Shown here piece after piece: positions 6,277-15,861 of a DNA stretch of 56,528 nt. The stretch is taken from IMG/VR virus record IMGVR_UViG_3300046011_010468, positions 1-56,528 of that record; one strand, 5' to 3'. A program made the position numbers and the translations under genes. The notes under the pieces are model-generated. The model saw only the letters and a program-made list of their open reading frames with translations. It made no database searches and had not been told where the DNA came from. This DNA comes from a virus (lineage: Duplodnaviria; Caudoviricetes). Each line of letters opens with the position of its first letter. The first letter of the stretch is position 1.

Positions 6277-8229
6277 ATGGCCTACTACGCACACGACAAC
6301 CTGACCAGCACGGGCACGATGAAGGCCGTGCATGCGGTGGAGATGCAGGGCATGCGGGAGGAGACGCATGAGGACATTGACCAGCTCGTGGTGCGGTCCC
6401 GGCCTGGGGCGTGGTTTGAAACGGAGGGGCACATCATCGACAAGGCCGCTGTGGAGCGTGGAGCGCGGAGCGAGGACGGTGTGGCGCTGCATGCGAACTG
6501 GCTGCAAAAGCGGCTGTTTGAGATCGCCCAGTGGTGCCTGGACAACAATGAGCCGTGCAGGCTCCTGGTTTACAAACCTCGGCAGAAAGGGTGCAGCACG
6601 GGCACGATGGCGCTGGCTTACTGGTGGAGTCGGCGTCAGCGGTCGAACTGCTTGCTCATGGGTGGGCAGTATTCGCAGGTGGAAAACCTGTGGGGCATTT
6701 TCAGCCATTACGCGAGCAAGGACCGCTTCGAGTGGGGGAACTCCATCGAGAAGCTGAACACGGATTCAGCGACTTTTTCCAACGGCAGCGAGTGGCAGTG
6801 GGAGACGGCGCGAGATCCCGAGGCGGGGCGCTCTGGGACGTATCAGGTGGCGGTGCTTACGGAAGTGGCACGCTGGGCCGAGCAGGGCGTGGCAAATGCT
6901 TCCAAGGTGCTCAACGGGGTGCAGAACTGTGTGCCAAAGATCCCGGGAACGCTGGTGATCATGGAGACGACCGTCAAAGGCGGCTTCGGCGAGTTTTACC
7001 ACAAGTGGGTGGGCGACAAGGATAAGAATGTGCCGGGTGCGGTGAGCTTCGAGGACTTCAAGCGGGGTAAGCGCGGGAACGGATGGATCAAGGTTTTTGC
7101 TCCGTGGTTCGTGTTTGAGGACAGCCGGATTGCATGCCGCGATGAGCAGGAGGCTGCGGACATCATGGCAGGCATCGGCGCGATCTCCGAAGAAGAGAAG
7201 AGCGCGGAGCAGGAGATGATCCGGCGGTTCCGTCTGGGGCCGGAGCAGATCAAATACTGGCGCGATGTGCTGATCAATGAGTGCCAGCGCGATCCTGACA
7301 ACCGGGACCGGGAGTATCCGCCGACGCCGGAGGCTGGGTTTAAGAGCACGCTGCCGGGTCGATTTAACCGGATTGGGCTGCGGAAGCTGCGCGAGGGTGC
7401 GGAGCAGCAGCGGGACGCCATGCGGCGCATCATCCTGGAGAATCCGAGCGGCGACCGGAAAAACTACGTCCCACGCATCGTGCGCGAGGACAGCGAGGCG
7501 AGCTACTACATCTGGGAGCCGCCGAAGGTGGGGTATCGCTACCTACTGGCAGCCGACTTGGCGGCCGGTGAGGAAGTCACCGAGGGCGGGGACCGGGACT
7601 GCCAGACCGTGCTGGTGATCCGGCAGGGATTCATGAGTGCGCAGCGCGGCTGCTGGATGCCGCCCAAGGTGGTGGCGACAATCAAGCCGAACTGCCGCGT
7701 GGACCAACTCGTGCTGGCGGACATGGCGTGGCGTCTTGCCCGCTACTATGGCGGCTGCTTGATCGTGCCAGAGGTGAACTATGACAAAGGATTCATCCGG
7801 GCGCTGCGGGATCGCGGAGCGCACCTTTACGAGCGCGAGAGGGCGGCGACGGACAAGGAAGACCAGAAGCCCACCAAGAAGTTTGGATTCCTCACACGCG
7901 GCACCGATGGCGAAGGCATGCGGGGCTGGTGCATTGAGCGGCTGGCGGCGGCGATTCGCGAGTGGGACGTGCAGGGCAGCGGCATCGACTGCCCGGCGGA
8001 GTTCATTCTGGCTGAACTGGAGAACTTTATCCGCACGGAATCCGGGCGCGAGGAGGCGGCCCCTGGCAAGCATGACGACTGGGTGCTGGCGCTGTGCATC
8101 GCCCTGGCGACGATTGACGGCGCGACGCTTTACCGGGCGGAGGTCACGCGGAATGCGGAGCCGGCGTATCGGGAGAAGCAGCGGCAGCGGGAGCTGGCGG
8201 CAAAGCGGGGGCAGCGGGGGATGCGGTGA
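6277..8229 (+). CDS. terL: Terminase large subunit
   Basis: Walker A KPRQKGCST, Walker B VLTEVARW, coupling motif METT, RNase H-type nuclease residues AADLA, PEVN, GKHDDWVLA. Confidence 0.93.
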   Translation: MAYYAHDNLTSTGTMKAVHAVEMQGMREETHEDIDQLVVRSRPGAWFETEGHIIDKAAVERGARSEDGVALHANWLQKRLFEIAQWCLDNNEPCRLLVYKPRQKGCSTGTMALAYWWSRRQRSNCLLMGGQYSQVENLWGIFSHYASKDRFEWGNSIEKLNTDSATFSNGSEWQWETARDPEAGRSGTYQVAVLTEVARWAEQGVANASKVLNGVQNCVPKIPGTLVIMETTVKGGFGEFYHKWVGDKDKNVPGAVSFEDFKRGKRGNGWIKVFAPWFVFEDSRIACRDEQEAADIMAGIGAISEEEKSAEQEMIRRFRLGPEQIKYWRDVLINECQRDPDNRDREYPPTPEAGFKSTLPGRFNRIGLRKLREGAEQQRDAMRRIILENPSGDRKNYVPRIVREDSEASYYIWEPPKVGYRYLLAADLAAGEEVTEGGDRDCQTVLVIRQGFMSAQRGCWMPPKVVATIKPNCRVDQLVLADMAWRLARYYGGCLIVPEVNYDKGFIRALRDRGAHLYERERAATDKEDQKPTKKFGFLTRGTDGEGMRGWCIERLAAAIREWDVQGSGIDCPAEFILAELENFIRTESGREEAAPGKHDDWVLALCIALATIDGATLYRAEVTRNAEPAYREKQRQRELAAKRGQRGMR

Positions 8230-8230
8230 T

Positions 8231-8254
8231 TGTCGCAACAAAACCCGTTTGACA
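8231..8254 (+). promoter_or_regulatory. Conserved box TGTCGCAACAAAACCC plus TTGACA upstream of scaffold/capsid
   Basis: Box at 8231-46, consensus -35 TTGACA at 8249-54. Confidence 0.7.
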
Positions 8255-8285
8255 GTTGGGGTGTCTGCTGCCTCCCATCAGCGGC

Positions 8286-9467
8286 ATGTCTGAGGTTTCA
8301 ACCCATGCAGCCCCGCCCCACACCGACACGGTCCAGCCTGTCGCAGGAGCACCCACGTCCGCGCCCGTCCCTCCGACGGGTGACAACGCCACCCCCAACC
8401 CCAACGCAAAGCAACCGGCAGCGACTTTGGAGACGCAGGCTGGAGCGGGAGGGGGCGTGGACTTCACGAAGATGGATGCAAATGCGTATGAGCGCTACAT
8501 CGAGAGCCTGCCGGATGACGGCGAGGTGATCGAGTCCGAAGACCTGGGGTCTGCTCCTGCTACCAATCCTGCTGCTGCCCCGCCCGAGGTTAAGCCCGGC
8601 GAGGAGCATGAAGAAGGGATTCTGGCTCCGGGTAAGCTGCCCAATCGGCTCAAGGTGCCCACCGATGACGAGCTATCCTTCCACACGGCCCGGTTTTTCA
8701 AAGAATCGCGGCAGGGCGGCGGGAAGATGACCTTTGGCGAGGCTGAAACGCTGGCAAAACAGATGCTCGGCATTGCTGACGCGGCCCCGGCTGCGTCAGG
8801 TGATGTTGCTGCAAATGTGCAGCCTGAGCCTGTGGTGGTTGAACCCACCGGGCGTCTGGCGGAGCTGACGCAGCAACTCGAAGCGGCCACGGCCAATTTT
8901 GAGCAGGCGGCCGAAGGTTTTGATGCCAAAGGCCAAGCAGCGGCGCTGCGCGAGGTGAACCGGCTGAACCGGGAGATTTCAAAAGCGATGGCGGACTCCC
9001 AACGCGAGGAGGCCGATGCGGTGACGCAGCAGGCTGCCGCGCAGGAGACTTTCATGCAGCAGTGGCAGGCCACGGAAGCGCAGGTGCATGGGATGTATGC
9101 CCATGCAAATGCCGCCGACCCGGCCAGCCCGCTGCACCAACGCGCCGCCGAGATCCAGGCCAGCTACCGCGACAGCCAAGACCCGGCCATGCAGGCGATC
9201 TACAACAGCCCAAACTCGGTGCTGCTGTATTTCACCCAGGCCGCCGGCGAACTCGCCATCCAACCGTCTGCGGCTCCTGCCGCGCCGGTTTCTCCATCTT
9301 CGACCAAGTCCACGCCTCCCCCCGTTTCACGACACGTCCCCGTAGGAGCTGCCCTCCTCGCCACTCAGCAGAGTGGCAACCCGGCAGCCTTTCAGGGTAG
9401 GACGAATTACCAGCCGCAATCGCTCCACGAACTCGAACAGCTCGTGGAACGCATGGCAGCAGCGTAA
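8286..9467 (+). CDS. Putative capsid scaffolding protein
   Basis: Acidic, Pro/Ala-rich with coiled coil, immediately before the major capsid gene; start MSEVST at 8286. Confidence 0.65.
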   Translation: MSEVSTHAAPPHTDTVQPVAGAPTSAPVPPTGDNATPNPNAKQPAATLETQAGAGGGVDFTKMDANAYERYIESLPDDGEVIESEDLGSAPATNPAAAPPEVKPGEEHEEGILAPGKLPNRLKVPTDDELSFHTARFFKESRQGGGKMTFGEAETLAKQMLGIADAAPAASGDVAANVQPEPVVVEPTGRLAELTQQLEAATANFEQAAEGFDAKGQAAALREVNRLNREISKAMADSQREEADAVTQQAAAQETFMQQWQATEAQVHGMYAHANAADPASPLHQRAAEIQASYRDSQDPAMQAIYNSPNSVLLYFTQAAGELAIQPSAAPAAPVSPSSTKSTPPPVSRHVPVGAALLATQQSGNPAAFQGRTNYQPQSLHELEQLVERMAAA

Positions 9468-9509
9468 CGGACCTCACTTTGAAGGGGTGCCATATCCCAC
9501 AACAATCAT

Positions 9510-11012
9510 ATGGCTTACTCAGAATCCGGCCCGAACACGGGCGACTCACTTTCTGCTCAAATGGACCCGAAGGTCCTTTGGGCAGCGGGCATTGACCTCG
9601 CTGAAGCGGAAGAAGATCCACTCATGCAAATGGAAGGTGGCGCAGACGCCATCATCACCACCAAAACCGAAACCAGCGCTGGCGCTGGCACCACCATCAA
9701 GTTCCAAGTCACCTCCGATTACGGTGACGAGGGTAAACAGGGAGATGAAATTTTCGAGGACGAAGACGACTTCGAAGAGGAAATCTTCAACGATTTCGAA
9801 CTGACCGTGGACTGGGTGCGTCATGCGACGCGCTTCACGAAGCGCTCCGGCGAGATCATGGGCCTGCTGGGCGAACTCAAGCGCAAGATCCCGATCAAGC
9901 TCGGGCGCTGGCTGGGCAAATACAAGTGCCACAGCATGCTTATGACCATGCTGCACAAGACCAACGCGGCCAATCACTTCTACACGGCCAGCAGCCAGGA
10001 CAGCATCAGCGCCGGCGACGGCCTGACCTATGACGAGATCGTCAAGGGTGGTGCGATTCTGAAACCCCTCGGCGGCCAGCCGGCGGTGATCGGTCGTGAA
10101 GGTAAAAATTCCATCTGGGGTGCTGTCGTTCTCGCGACGGATAACGCCACCTATGGCCTCAAGCTCGATCCGATCTACCGCCAGAACCTCCAGACGGGTT
10201 TTGTGCAAGGTCGGGATAACCTGCTCTGGAAGGGTGGCGTCGCCAATGTGGATGGCCACCTCATCAAGGAATACGTTCCTCTTCGTGGCGACATTGAAGG
10301 CGCGGTGGGTTCTCCCCTGAATCCGCAGGCGCTGCTCGGAGTCGCCGTCGCTGGTGGCACCACCGCCCTGCAAATCAAAGGCGGCGGCAACGCCACCTCG
10401 GCAGCCAAGACCAAGAAGAAGTATTTCAAATACTTCCCCAAATACGCCTTCCGCTGGCGTCCAGGTCAGGGCACCCGCACGGCAGACACACTGTCTGCCA
10501 CGTCCGAAATCTGCTGGGACCTCACGGCCCTGGGCGAGGACGGTGCAACGGCGAACGTGTTCTACGTCCGCATCACCAATCCGCCGAACGCGGCCACGGA
10601 CCCTGGCAAGTGGTGCATCTACGAAATCACGACCAACGATGGCAACATCATGACGACCTCCGCTCGTCTGGGTGCCACCGACTCCGGTCAGCGCTACCAG
10701 ACGGTCGGCGCGGTGACGTGGGATGCCAACAAGCACACCGTGACGCATGGTGAAGGCTCGCTGGTGACGCTGTGCAACGCGGCTGGGGTTTCCCTCGGTG
10801 CCACGCTCTTCCTCTACCGCCAGGCGGCGTATCGGGGCTACGGCTCGGTGCGCAACCAGCGCCAGGAAGACAGCAAGAACGGCAACTTCGTCCAGGAGCG
10901 CTACATCGAGAGCGTCTTCGGCCAGTGCCTCCGCGAGGACACTCGCGGCAACAAGCCGGCCATCGCGGTGATCAAACACGCGATCTTCTATCCGGGCATC
11001 ATTGATGCTTAA
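9510..11012 (+). CDS. Major capsid protein (N4 gp56/DUF4043-like)
   Basis: GTTIKFQV...GKQGDEIFED.....EEI.NDFELTVDWVRHA resembles the N4-type MCP N-terminal signature; strongly biased codons; followed by a terminator. Confidence 0.8.
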   Translation: MAYSESGPNTGDSLSAQMDPKVLWAAGIDLAEAEEDPLMQMEGGADAIITTKTETSAGAGTTIKFQVTSDYGDEGKQGDEIFEDEDDFEEEIFNDFELTVDWVRHATRFTKRSGEIMGLLGELKRKIPIKLGRWLGKYKCHSMLMTMLHKTNAANHFYTASSQDSISAGDGLTYDEIVKGGAILKPLGGQPAVIGREGKNSIWGAVVLATDNATYGLKLDPIYRQNLQTGFVQGRDNLLWKGGVANVDGHLIKEYVPLRGDIEGAVGSPLNPQALLGVAVAGGTTALQIKGGGNATSAAKTKKKYFKYFPKYAFRWRPGQGTRTADTLSATSEICWDLTALGEDGATANVFYVRITNPPNAATDPGKWCIYEITTNDGNIMTTSARLGATDSGQRYQTVGAVTWDANKHTVTHGEGSLVTLCNAAGVSLGATLFLYRQAAYRGYGSVRNQRQEDSKNGNFVQERYIESVFGQCLREDTRGNKPAIAVIKHAIFYPGIIDA

Positions 11013-11018
11013 CCCCTC

Positions 11019-11064
11019 GGCAAGGTGGGGAGCCTTCGGGTTGCCCACCTTGCCTCCTTTTTTT
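11019..11064 (+). terminator. Rho-independent terminator after the capsid gene
   Basis: GGCAAGGTGGG / CCCACCTTGCC stem with an inner TTCG loop and a T-run. Confidence 0.85.
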
Positions 11065-11098
11065 CTTCCTCCTCCCTCTTTCCCCAGCCCCTTTTCTT

Positions 11099-11809
11099 AT
11101 GAAGCAAGTCCTTGGCCTCATTCACTTTCCCCCGTCATTGTCGCGCAGTGTGGCGCGTGTGCGGGACTTCCGGCGCTGCCCGGAGCATGACAACGTGCTG
11201 GCTTATGAAGGCCGGGCTTTGTCCGTCGATGAATTCAATCGTGTGGCTCCGAAACTGATCGGGGAAGGTAAGGGCCTGTATGGCGTGCAGCCCATCGCCA
11301 AGCTCGTCGAGGTCGAGGTGGCGGACTCTCCGCCAGTCGAAGCGCCGGCGGCAAAACCTGTGCGTGTCGCCAAACCTGCGCCGGTCATTGACCTGCCTAA
11401 AGTCACCTTGGAGCCGTCTGGCGACGGCTTTGTGCTGGTGAATTACGAAGGCGACGAGGCCCGTTACATGGGCGCGTCGCAAGCCTGGGAGTCTGATGTC
11501 TCCCTGGTCATTCCTTTTGCCTCTGAGGACGAAGCCCGTGCGGCTTGTCCTGGGGTGCTCGTTGACAAAGCTCCGGCTATCGACGAGCCAAACGAATCTC
11601 TGGCTGAGGACTCGGGGGCGAGTCCAATGTTGGTTGAGGAAAGCGCCCCGGCTCCACAGGAGCCGGTGGCGTCACCCTCCCCGCCTGCGGTCGATCCGGC
11701 GAACATCCGCAACACAGTGATGAAGGCCCAGGCTGAAAAGCGGGCTGCCAAAGCCGCCCGGAATGCCCCGGCTCCCAAAAAAGTCACGCCGCCCCCTGCG
11801 GCCAAGTAA
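11099..11809 (+). CDS. Hypothetical protein, Pro/Ala/Lys-rich C-terminus
   Basis: 236 aa ORF in the head operon. Confidence 0.7.
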   Translation: MKQVLGLIHFPPSLSRSVARVRDFRRCPEHDNVLAYEGRALSVDEFNRVAPKLIGEGKGLYGVQPIAKLVEVEVADSPPVEAPAAKPVRVAKPAPVIDLPKVTLEPSGDGFVLVNYEGDEARYMGASQAWESDVSLVIPFASEDEARAACPGVLVDKAPAIDEPNESLAEDSGASPMLVEESAPAPQEPVASPSPPAVDPANIRNTVMKAQAEKRAAKAARNAPAPKKVTPPPAAK

Positions 11810-11817
11810 CCCCTGCC

Positions 11818-12717
11818 ATGCTCCTGCTGCACGTCGTTATGACCATCGCGCAACTCTTCACGCAAATGTCGCAGAACCTCTCGAAGGTTCCGTCGGCCAT
11901 GGATGCGTTGCAGCAGGCGGCCTTGGTGCGGGCGGCGAACGCTGGCTTGGCGGAGTTTGTGGATCTGCTGCCGGACCTGCGCAAGACCGAGGCCAAGACG
12001 GAGCGGCTGGGGGCTGCGGAGTCCAAGACCATCACCGCGACGGCGGCGAGTAAAGCCTTCACTCTTACCTGGGCCGAGCAGGCGAACTTCCTCGGTCGCA
12101 CGGTCGTGGTGGGGAATGACAGCAGCCGCTACAACCGGCTGCATGCCCTAAACACGCTGCTGTTTGCCCACGAGGGTGCCACGGGGAGCACGACGCTGGA
12201 AGTGCGGGCAGATGCTGTGCTCCTGGGGAGTCTGGAGGATGCCGTGGACGGCGAGGTGACGCTGGTCTGGGAGACGGGAGCCAAGGAATTGCTGCATGGC
12301 CGTCCTGAGCACCAGCGGCCCGAGGATGTGCTGGCTCTGGAAGTCGGCGAGCCGGAGCGCTGGTGGATCGAACCTTTGAACGGCATCACGGGCGGGGCCA
12401 CGCCGCTCTACCTGCTGCGCCTGTGGCCGCAGCCGGACGCGGTGTATTCCCTGCTCTACACACGGCGTCTGTGGCCGTCTGCGCTGACGACCGCCCTGCT
12501 TGCCAGCACGACTGAACTGCCCGTCCTGCCCCGCGAGGAGCAGGCGCTCGTGGCGATGTGTGAGCGTGGGATGATCGGCACGGCGCTATGGATCGGCTCG
12601 GCTGACCAGACGATTGCGCTCCAGAATTACCAGCACGGTGTCGGCCAACTGGCGACCCGCAGCACCAACCGAGGCCACAGCCAGCGGGCGAAAATTTACA
12701 CCAAACGAGGATACTGA
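11818..12717 (+). CDS. Putative head-tail adaptor
   Basis: Helical N-terminus and LRLWPQPDAVYSLLYT motif typical of podoviral adaptor proteins; the start may be 11839. Confidence 0.55.
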   Translation: MLLLHVVMTIAQLFTQMSQNLSKVPSAMDALQQAALVRAANAGLAEFVDLLPDLRKTEAKTERLGAAESKTITATAASKAFTLTWAEQANFLGRTVVVGNDSSRYNRLHALNTLLFAHEGATGSTTLEVRADAVLLGSLEDAVDGEVTLVWETGAKELLHGRPEHQRPEDVLALEVGEPERWWIEPLNGITGGATPLYLLRLWPQPDAVYSLLYTRRLWPSALTTALLASTTELPVLPREEQALVAMCERGMIGTALWIGSADQTIALQNYQHGVGQLATRSTNRGHSQRAKIYTKRGY

Positions 12718-12718
12718 C

Positions 12719-13015
12719 ATGCTGACCATCTCCCACGTCCCCGCCCAGAACCGCAGCGGCAGCATCGATGCCGGTGGCACGGCACAGGATGTTTACACCG
12801 CCACTGAGCAGCCCAAGTATGGGTTCGAGTTTTTCAACACTTCCGACACGGTGATGTATCTGGATTGGGACACCGCCGCGACGGCCGCCAACGGTGTGCC
12901 AGTGCCTGCGGGCGGCAGTTATTACATGCCGGGTCCTGGTGGCGTGGTGCCTCATGGAAGAATGAGCGTGCTGTGCGCCACGACCGGGAAAACCTTCACC
13001 TGCAAAACTTTCTAA
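12719..13015 (+). CDS. Small beta-rich virion protein
   Basis: 98 aa from MLTISHV, 1 nt after the previous stop. Confidence 0.65.
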   Translation: MLTISHVPAQNRSGSIDAGGTAQDVYTATEQPKYGFEFFNTSDTVMYLDWDTAATAANGVPVPAGGSYYMPGPGGVVPHGRMSVLCATTGKTFTCKTF

Positions 13016-13019
13016 CGCC

Positions 13020-14000
13020 ATGCCTGCGGGATCTACACCTTCGACGTTCGGAACTCTTACCGGCGCTCCCAGCGACAACGCGGCGCTGGCAGCAGCACTG
13101 GCTGGTGCCGGAGGATTCATAGACACCGACGTTGCTTACCTGGACTCCACAGGCAACGACACCACAGGCGACGGCTCCCCTGGAAACCCTTGGTTGACCG
13201 CTCAAAAGGCGGTGGATGAGGGCTTTACCATAATTCGCGGCGGCGTCGGAAATTTTGGAAATATTTCCAGCTCCTCGGCGCTTAACATCACACTCATTGG
13301 CCTTGGCCGATACAATACTGTTTTTGGCACCATCTCCGCCCCATCTGGCAGCGTCACGGGCAACGGAATGGACATGCTGACAGTCGGGGCCATTACCTTC
13401 ACGGCCACACCAAACGGCACCACGGGGGCGACTGGAGAAGAGGGTGGTGGACCCGGTGGAGATGGACAGTCAGCAGCCAATGCAACCTCATCTCAATGCA
13501 GTCACCTTACAAGCTCTGGAGACATTACTCTGGTTGGCGCTGTTGGTGGTGCAGGTGGGACTGGTGGCGGTGGAACAATCGGCGGCGTAGGTGGCAATGG
13601 TTCGGGTGGCGGTGATGGAGCCACTTTAAGCCTAACCAACTGCCGCTATCAAAGCGCCATCAGCGCAAGCGGGAATGGCGGCGCAGGTGGGACAGGTGGC
13701 GATGGTAGCGACGGCAATGGAGGAAATGGAGGAAATGGCGGCCAAGGTGGTTCAGGGGGCGCACTGGAGATCGTTGGATGCATTGAATTAGTCGGCCATA
13801 GCACTCCCGCTGGCGATGGCGGTGGCGCTGGCACTGGCGGCGGTGGAAGTGTTGGCAATGGATCCGAAGGGGGTGCCGGTGGCGCTGGCACCAATGGAAC
13901 CACGCTGATCACTCACTTTTCCAGCGTCGTCGCTGGAACAGTCACGACTGACACAGTGGTTGCCAGCATGGTTGATGGAAACTTCGTCGCGAGTGCATAA
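13020..14000 (+). CDS. Glycine-rich tail fibre/spike-like protein
   Basis: YLDSTGNDTTGDGSPGNPWLTAQKAV (beta-helix cap-type motif) followed by GGxGG repeats; codon usage differs from neighbours. Confidence 0.65.
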   Translation: MPAGSTPSTFGTLTGAPSDNAALAAALAGAGGFIDTDVAYLDSTGNDTTGDGSPGNPWLTAQKAVDEGFTIIRGGVGNFGNISSSSALNITLIGLGRYNTVFGTISAPSGSVTGNGMDMLTVGAITFTATPNGTTGATGEEGGGPGGDGQSAANATSSQCSHLTSSGDITLVGAVGGAGGTGGGGTIGGVGGNGSGGGDGATLSLTNCRYQSAISASGNGGAGGTGGDGSDGNGGNGGNGGQGGSGGALEIVGCIELVGHSTPAGDGGGAGTGGGGSVGNGSEGGAGGAGTNGTTLITHFSSVVAGTVTTDTVVASMVDGNFVASA

Positions 14001-14013
14001 AATTAACAACACT

Positions 14014-14214
14014 ATGAGCCACGAAGAATCCTCCGCCATTGAAGCCCTTCGTCAAACCATTCGCTGGTTGATCGGCGGTGTTCTCGGATTGCTCGCTGGC
14101 GCTCTACCCTGGGCGGAGTGCCATGAATACGACCGCGACACGCCGGCCAGTTTCCCGGCAGCGTGGCTGGCCCAGAACGGACTGGAACCCTACACCCCTG
14201 TCATCGCACCATGA
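14014..14214 (+). CDS. Small, possibly chimeric membrane protein
   Basis: Hydrophobic WLIGGVLGLLAGA segment followed by an unrelated-looking polar tail. Confidence 0.4.
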   Translation: MSHEESSAIEALRQTIRWLIGGVLGLLAGALPWAECHEYDRDTPASFPAAWLAQNGLEPYTPVIAP

Positions 14215-14528
14215 GTGAATCCATTCTCCGCAACCTGAAGGCATTTGGCCTGACACCGTGGCAGCTCGTGCTAGGAGCGGCGATAGCCTACGGGTGGGTG
14301 AACTCGTTGATGCCGATGCCGGCGGCAATGCAAACGATGAACACCGAGGTGCGGGCGCTCAACAAGACGGTGCAGGAGCTGGGGACCAAGGTGGAGATTC
14401 ATTCCGTGCTCATCGCCCAAATTTCCGACCTCAAAACAGAAGTCTCCGGCATGCGGCGGGAGCTTTCGACCATCGAGGGGCGGCTGGCGCATTCCGCGAA
14501 CTACCGGACCAAGGGAAGCGAACCTTAG
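14211..14528 (+). CDS. Membrane protein with coiled coil (holin-like candidate)
   Basis: Start MSESIL at 14211; one TM segment then a heptad-repeat region. Confidence 0.55.
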   Translation: MSESILRNLKAFGLTPWQLVLGAAIAYGWVNSLMPMPAAMQTMNTEVRALNKTVQELGTKVEIHSVLIAQISDLKTEVSGMRRELSTIEGRLAHSANYRTKGSEP

Positions 14529-14539
14529 ACTGTGTGACC

Positions 14540-14992
14540 ATGTGGCCCTTCACCTCCAAGCCCAAACCAACCCGCCGCCGTCTGAACGGTGCCACGGTGC
14601 ATTCGCTGGTGGCGCGGGCGCTGGAGGGCAAGACGCTGCCGAACTTTCGTCTGTTCATGCAGAAAAGCCTGCTGGCCTGCCCACCGAAGGTGATGCTGCG
14701 CAAGGCGGCGGATCAAGCCCTCAAACCCTGGCGAGCGAACGTGTGGGAGTGCGAAGACCAAGCCCGTGCGCTGGTGCATCAATGCCAACTCATCGCCGCC
14801 AGTGAAGGCTGCTCTTGGGCCGTGGGCACGCTCCGCGCCAGTGCGCCGGAGGGCAGCACGGGCACGCTGCACGTTTTCGTGTGGGCCATTCTCGACCTAC
14901 CGGAAGGGCTGCAATTCACACTTTTCGACCCGACCGCTGACGATTGGGCCGATGTGCCGGACCTGACCGGCGTGGACTATGCCATCACCTGA
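14540..14992 (+). CDS. Papain/transglutaminase-like Cys-His-Asp protein
   Basis: Start MWPFTS at 14540; WECEDQARAL, LHVFVW, LFDP in the order and spacing of a transglutaminase-like triad. Confidence 0.55.
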   Translation: MWPFTSKPKPTRRRLNGATVHSLVARALEGKTLPNFRLFMQKSLLACPPKVMLRKAADQALKPWRANVWECEDQARALVHQCQLIAASEGCSWAVGTLRASAPEGSTGTLHVFVWAILDLPEGLQFTLFDPTADDWADVPDLTGVDYAIT

Positions 14993-15056
14993 CAAAGCTG
15001 ATTGACACTCCCCTGCCCTCCCACCCTTTTTTTCAAAGCACCCCAACACCACCCCT

Positions 15057-15848
15057 ATGAAACTGACCTCCCTCCTCCTCGCCACGGCTCTGCTGTGGCT
15101 TTCCCATGTGCCTGCCTCCGGGCAGAGCGTCTCCAACATCACCCAGACGCGCCAGGGTATCTCCTATGCAGCCTCGTCCAAGACGGTCACGGCGGCCTAC
15201 ACGGCCACCCGTGAAGATCACACGATTCTGGCAAACGCCGCCTCGGCGGCTTTCACGGTTTCACTGCCGCCGGTGAGCACGAAGGCTTACCCTTACCTGG
15301 TGATCAAGAAGATCGACAGCACCGTCAATGCCGTCACGGTCGATGCCTACGGCAGCCAGACGGTTGATGGGCAAACGAGCCTGACGCTGGCGGTGCAGTA
15401 TGCGGGCGTTGTCCTGCATGCGGACGGCACCGAGTGGCGAGTGATCGCCACTATGCCGGTGATCGAACTCACGGAGAACACCACGGCCACCAATGCCATC
15501 ACAGCGGCGGAAAGTGGCAAAACCTTCCTGCTCAATTCAGCCACCGAATTTGTGAGCACGCTCCCGGCACCAGCGGCGGGTCTGCGCTACACTTTCATCG
15601 TGGCGGCGGCTCCTTCGGGGGCCAGCTACACTGTCGTCACCACCAGCTCGGCCAATGTCATCAAAGGCATGCAGGTGTGCGCGGCGGATGCCGCCGGCGA
15701 TACCGGCACGGCGGATGACACCATCACCTTTGCCGATGGGCAGGCGGTGGCTGGGGACATGGTCACGGTCTGGTCCGATGGCACGTCCTGGTTTGCTGTG
15801 GCGCATTCCCGTGTGGCCGCCGGCATCACCTTCACGCAGGCCAGCTAA
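15057..15848 (+). CDS. Fibre-type beta-repeat protein with N-terminal signal-peptide-like sequence
   Basis: MKLTSLLLATALLWLSHVPASG then two related units (TILANAASAAFTVSLP; TFLLNSATEFVSTLP) each ending in DGTxW. Confidence 0.65.
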   Translation: MKLTSLLLATALLWLSHVPASGQSVSNITQTRQGISYAASSKTVTAAYTATREDHTILANAASAAFTVSLPPVSTKAYPYLVIKKIDSTVNAVTVDAYGSQTVDGQTSLTLAVQYAGVVLHADGTEWRVIATMPVIELTENTTATNAITAAESGKTFLLNSATEFVSTLPAPAAGLRYTFIVAAAPSGASYTVVTTSSANVIKGMQVCAADAAGDTGTADDTITFADGQAVAGDMVTVWSDGTSWFAVAHSRVAAGITFTQAS

Positions 15849-15861
15849 TCTTTGCCGCCCT

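Noticed and set aside
13400-13900. Collagen or PE-PGRS gene
   Set aside because: GGxGG runs without a strict Gly-X-Y period or a PE domain; the context is a phage fibre.
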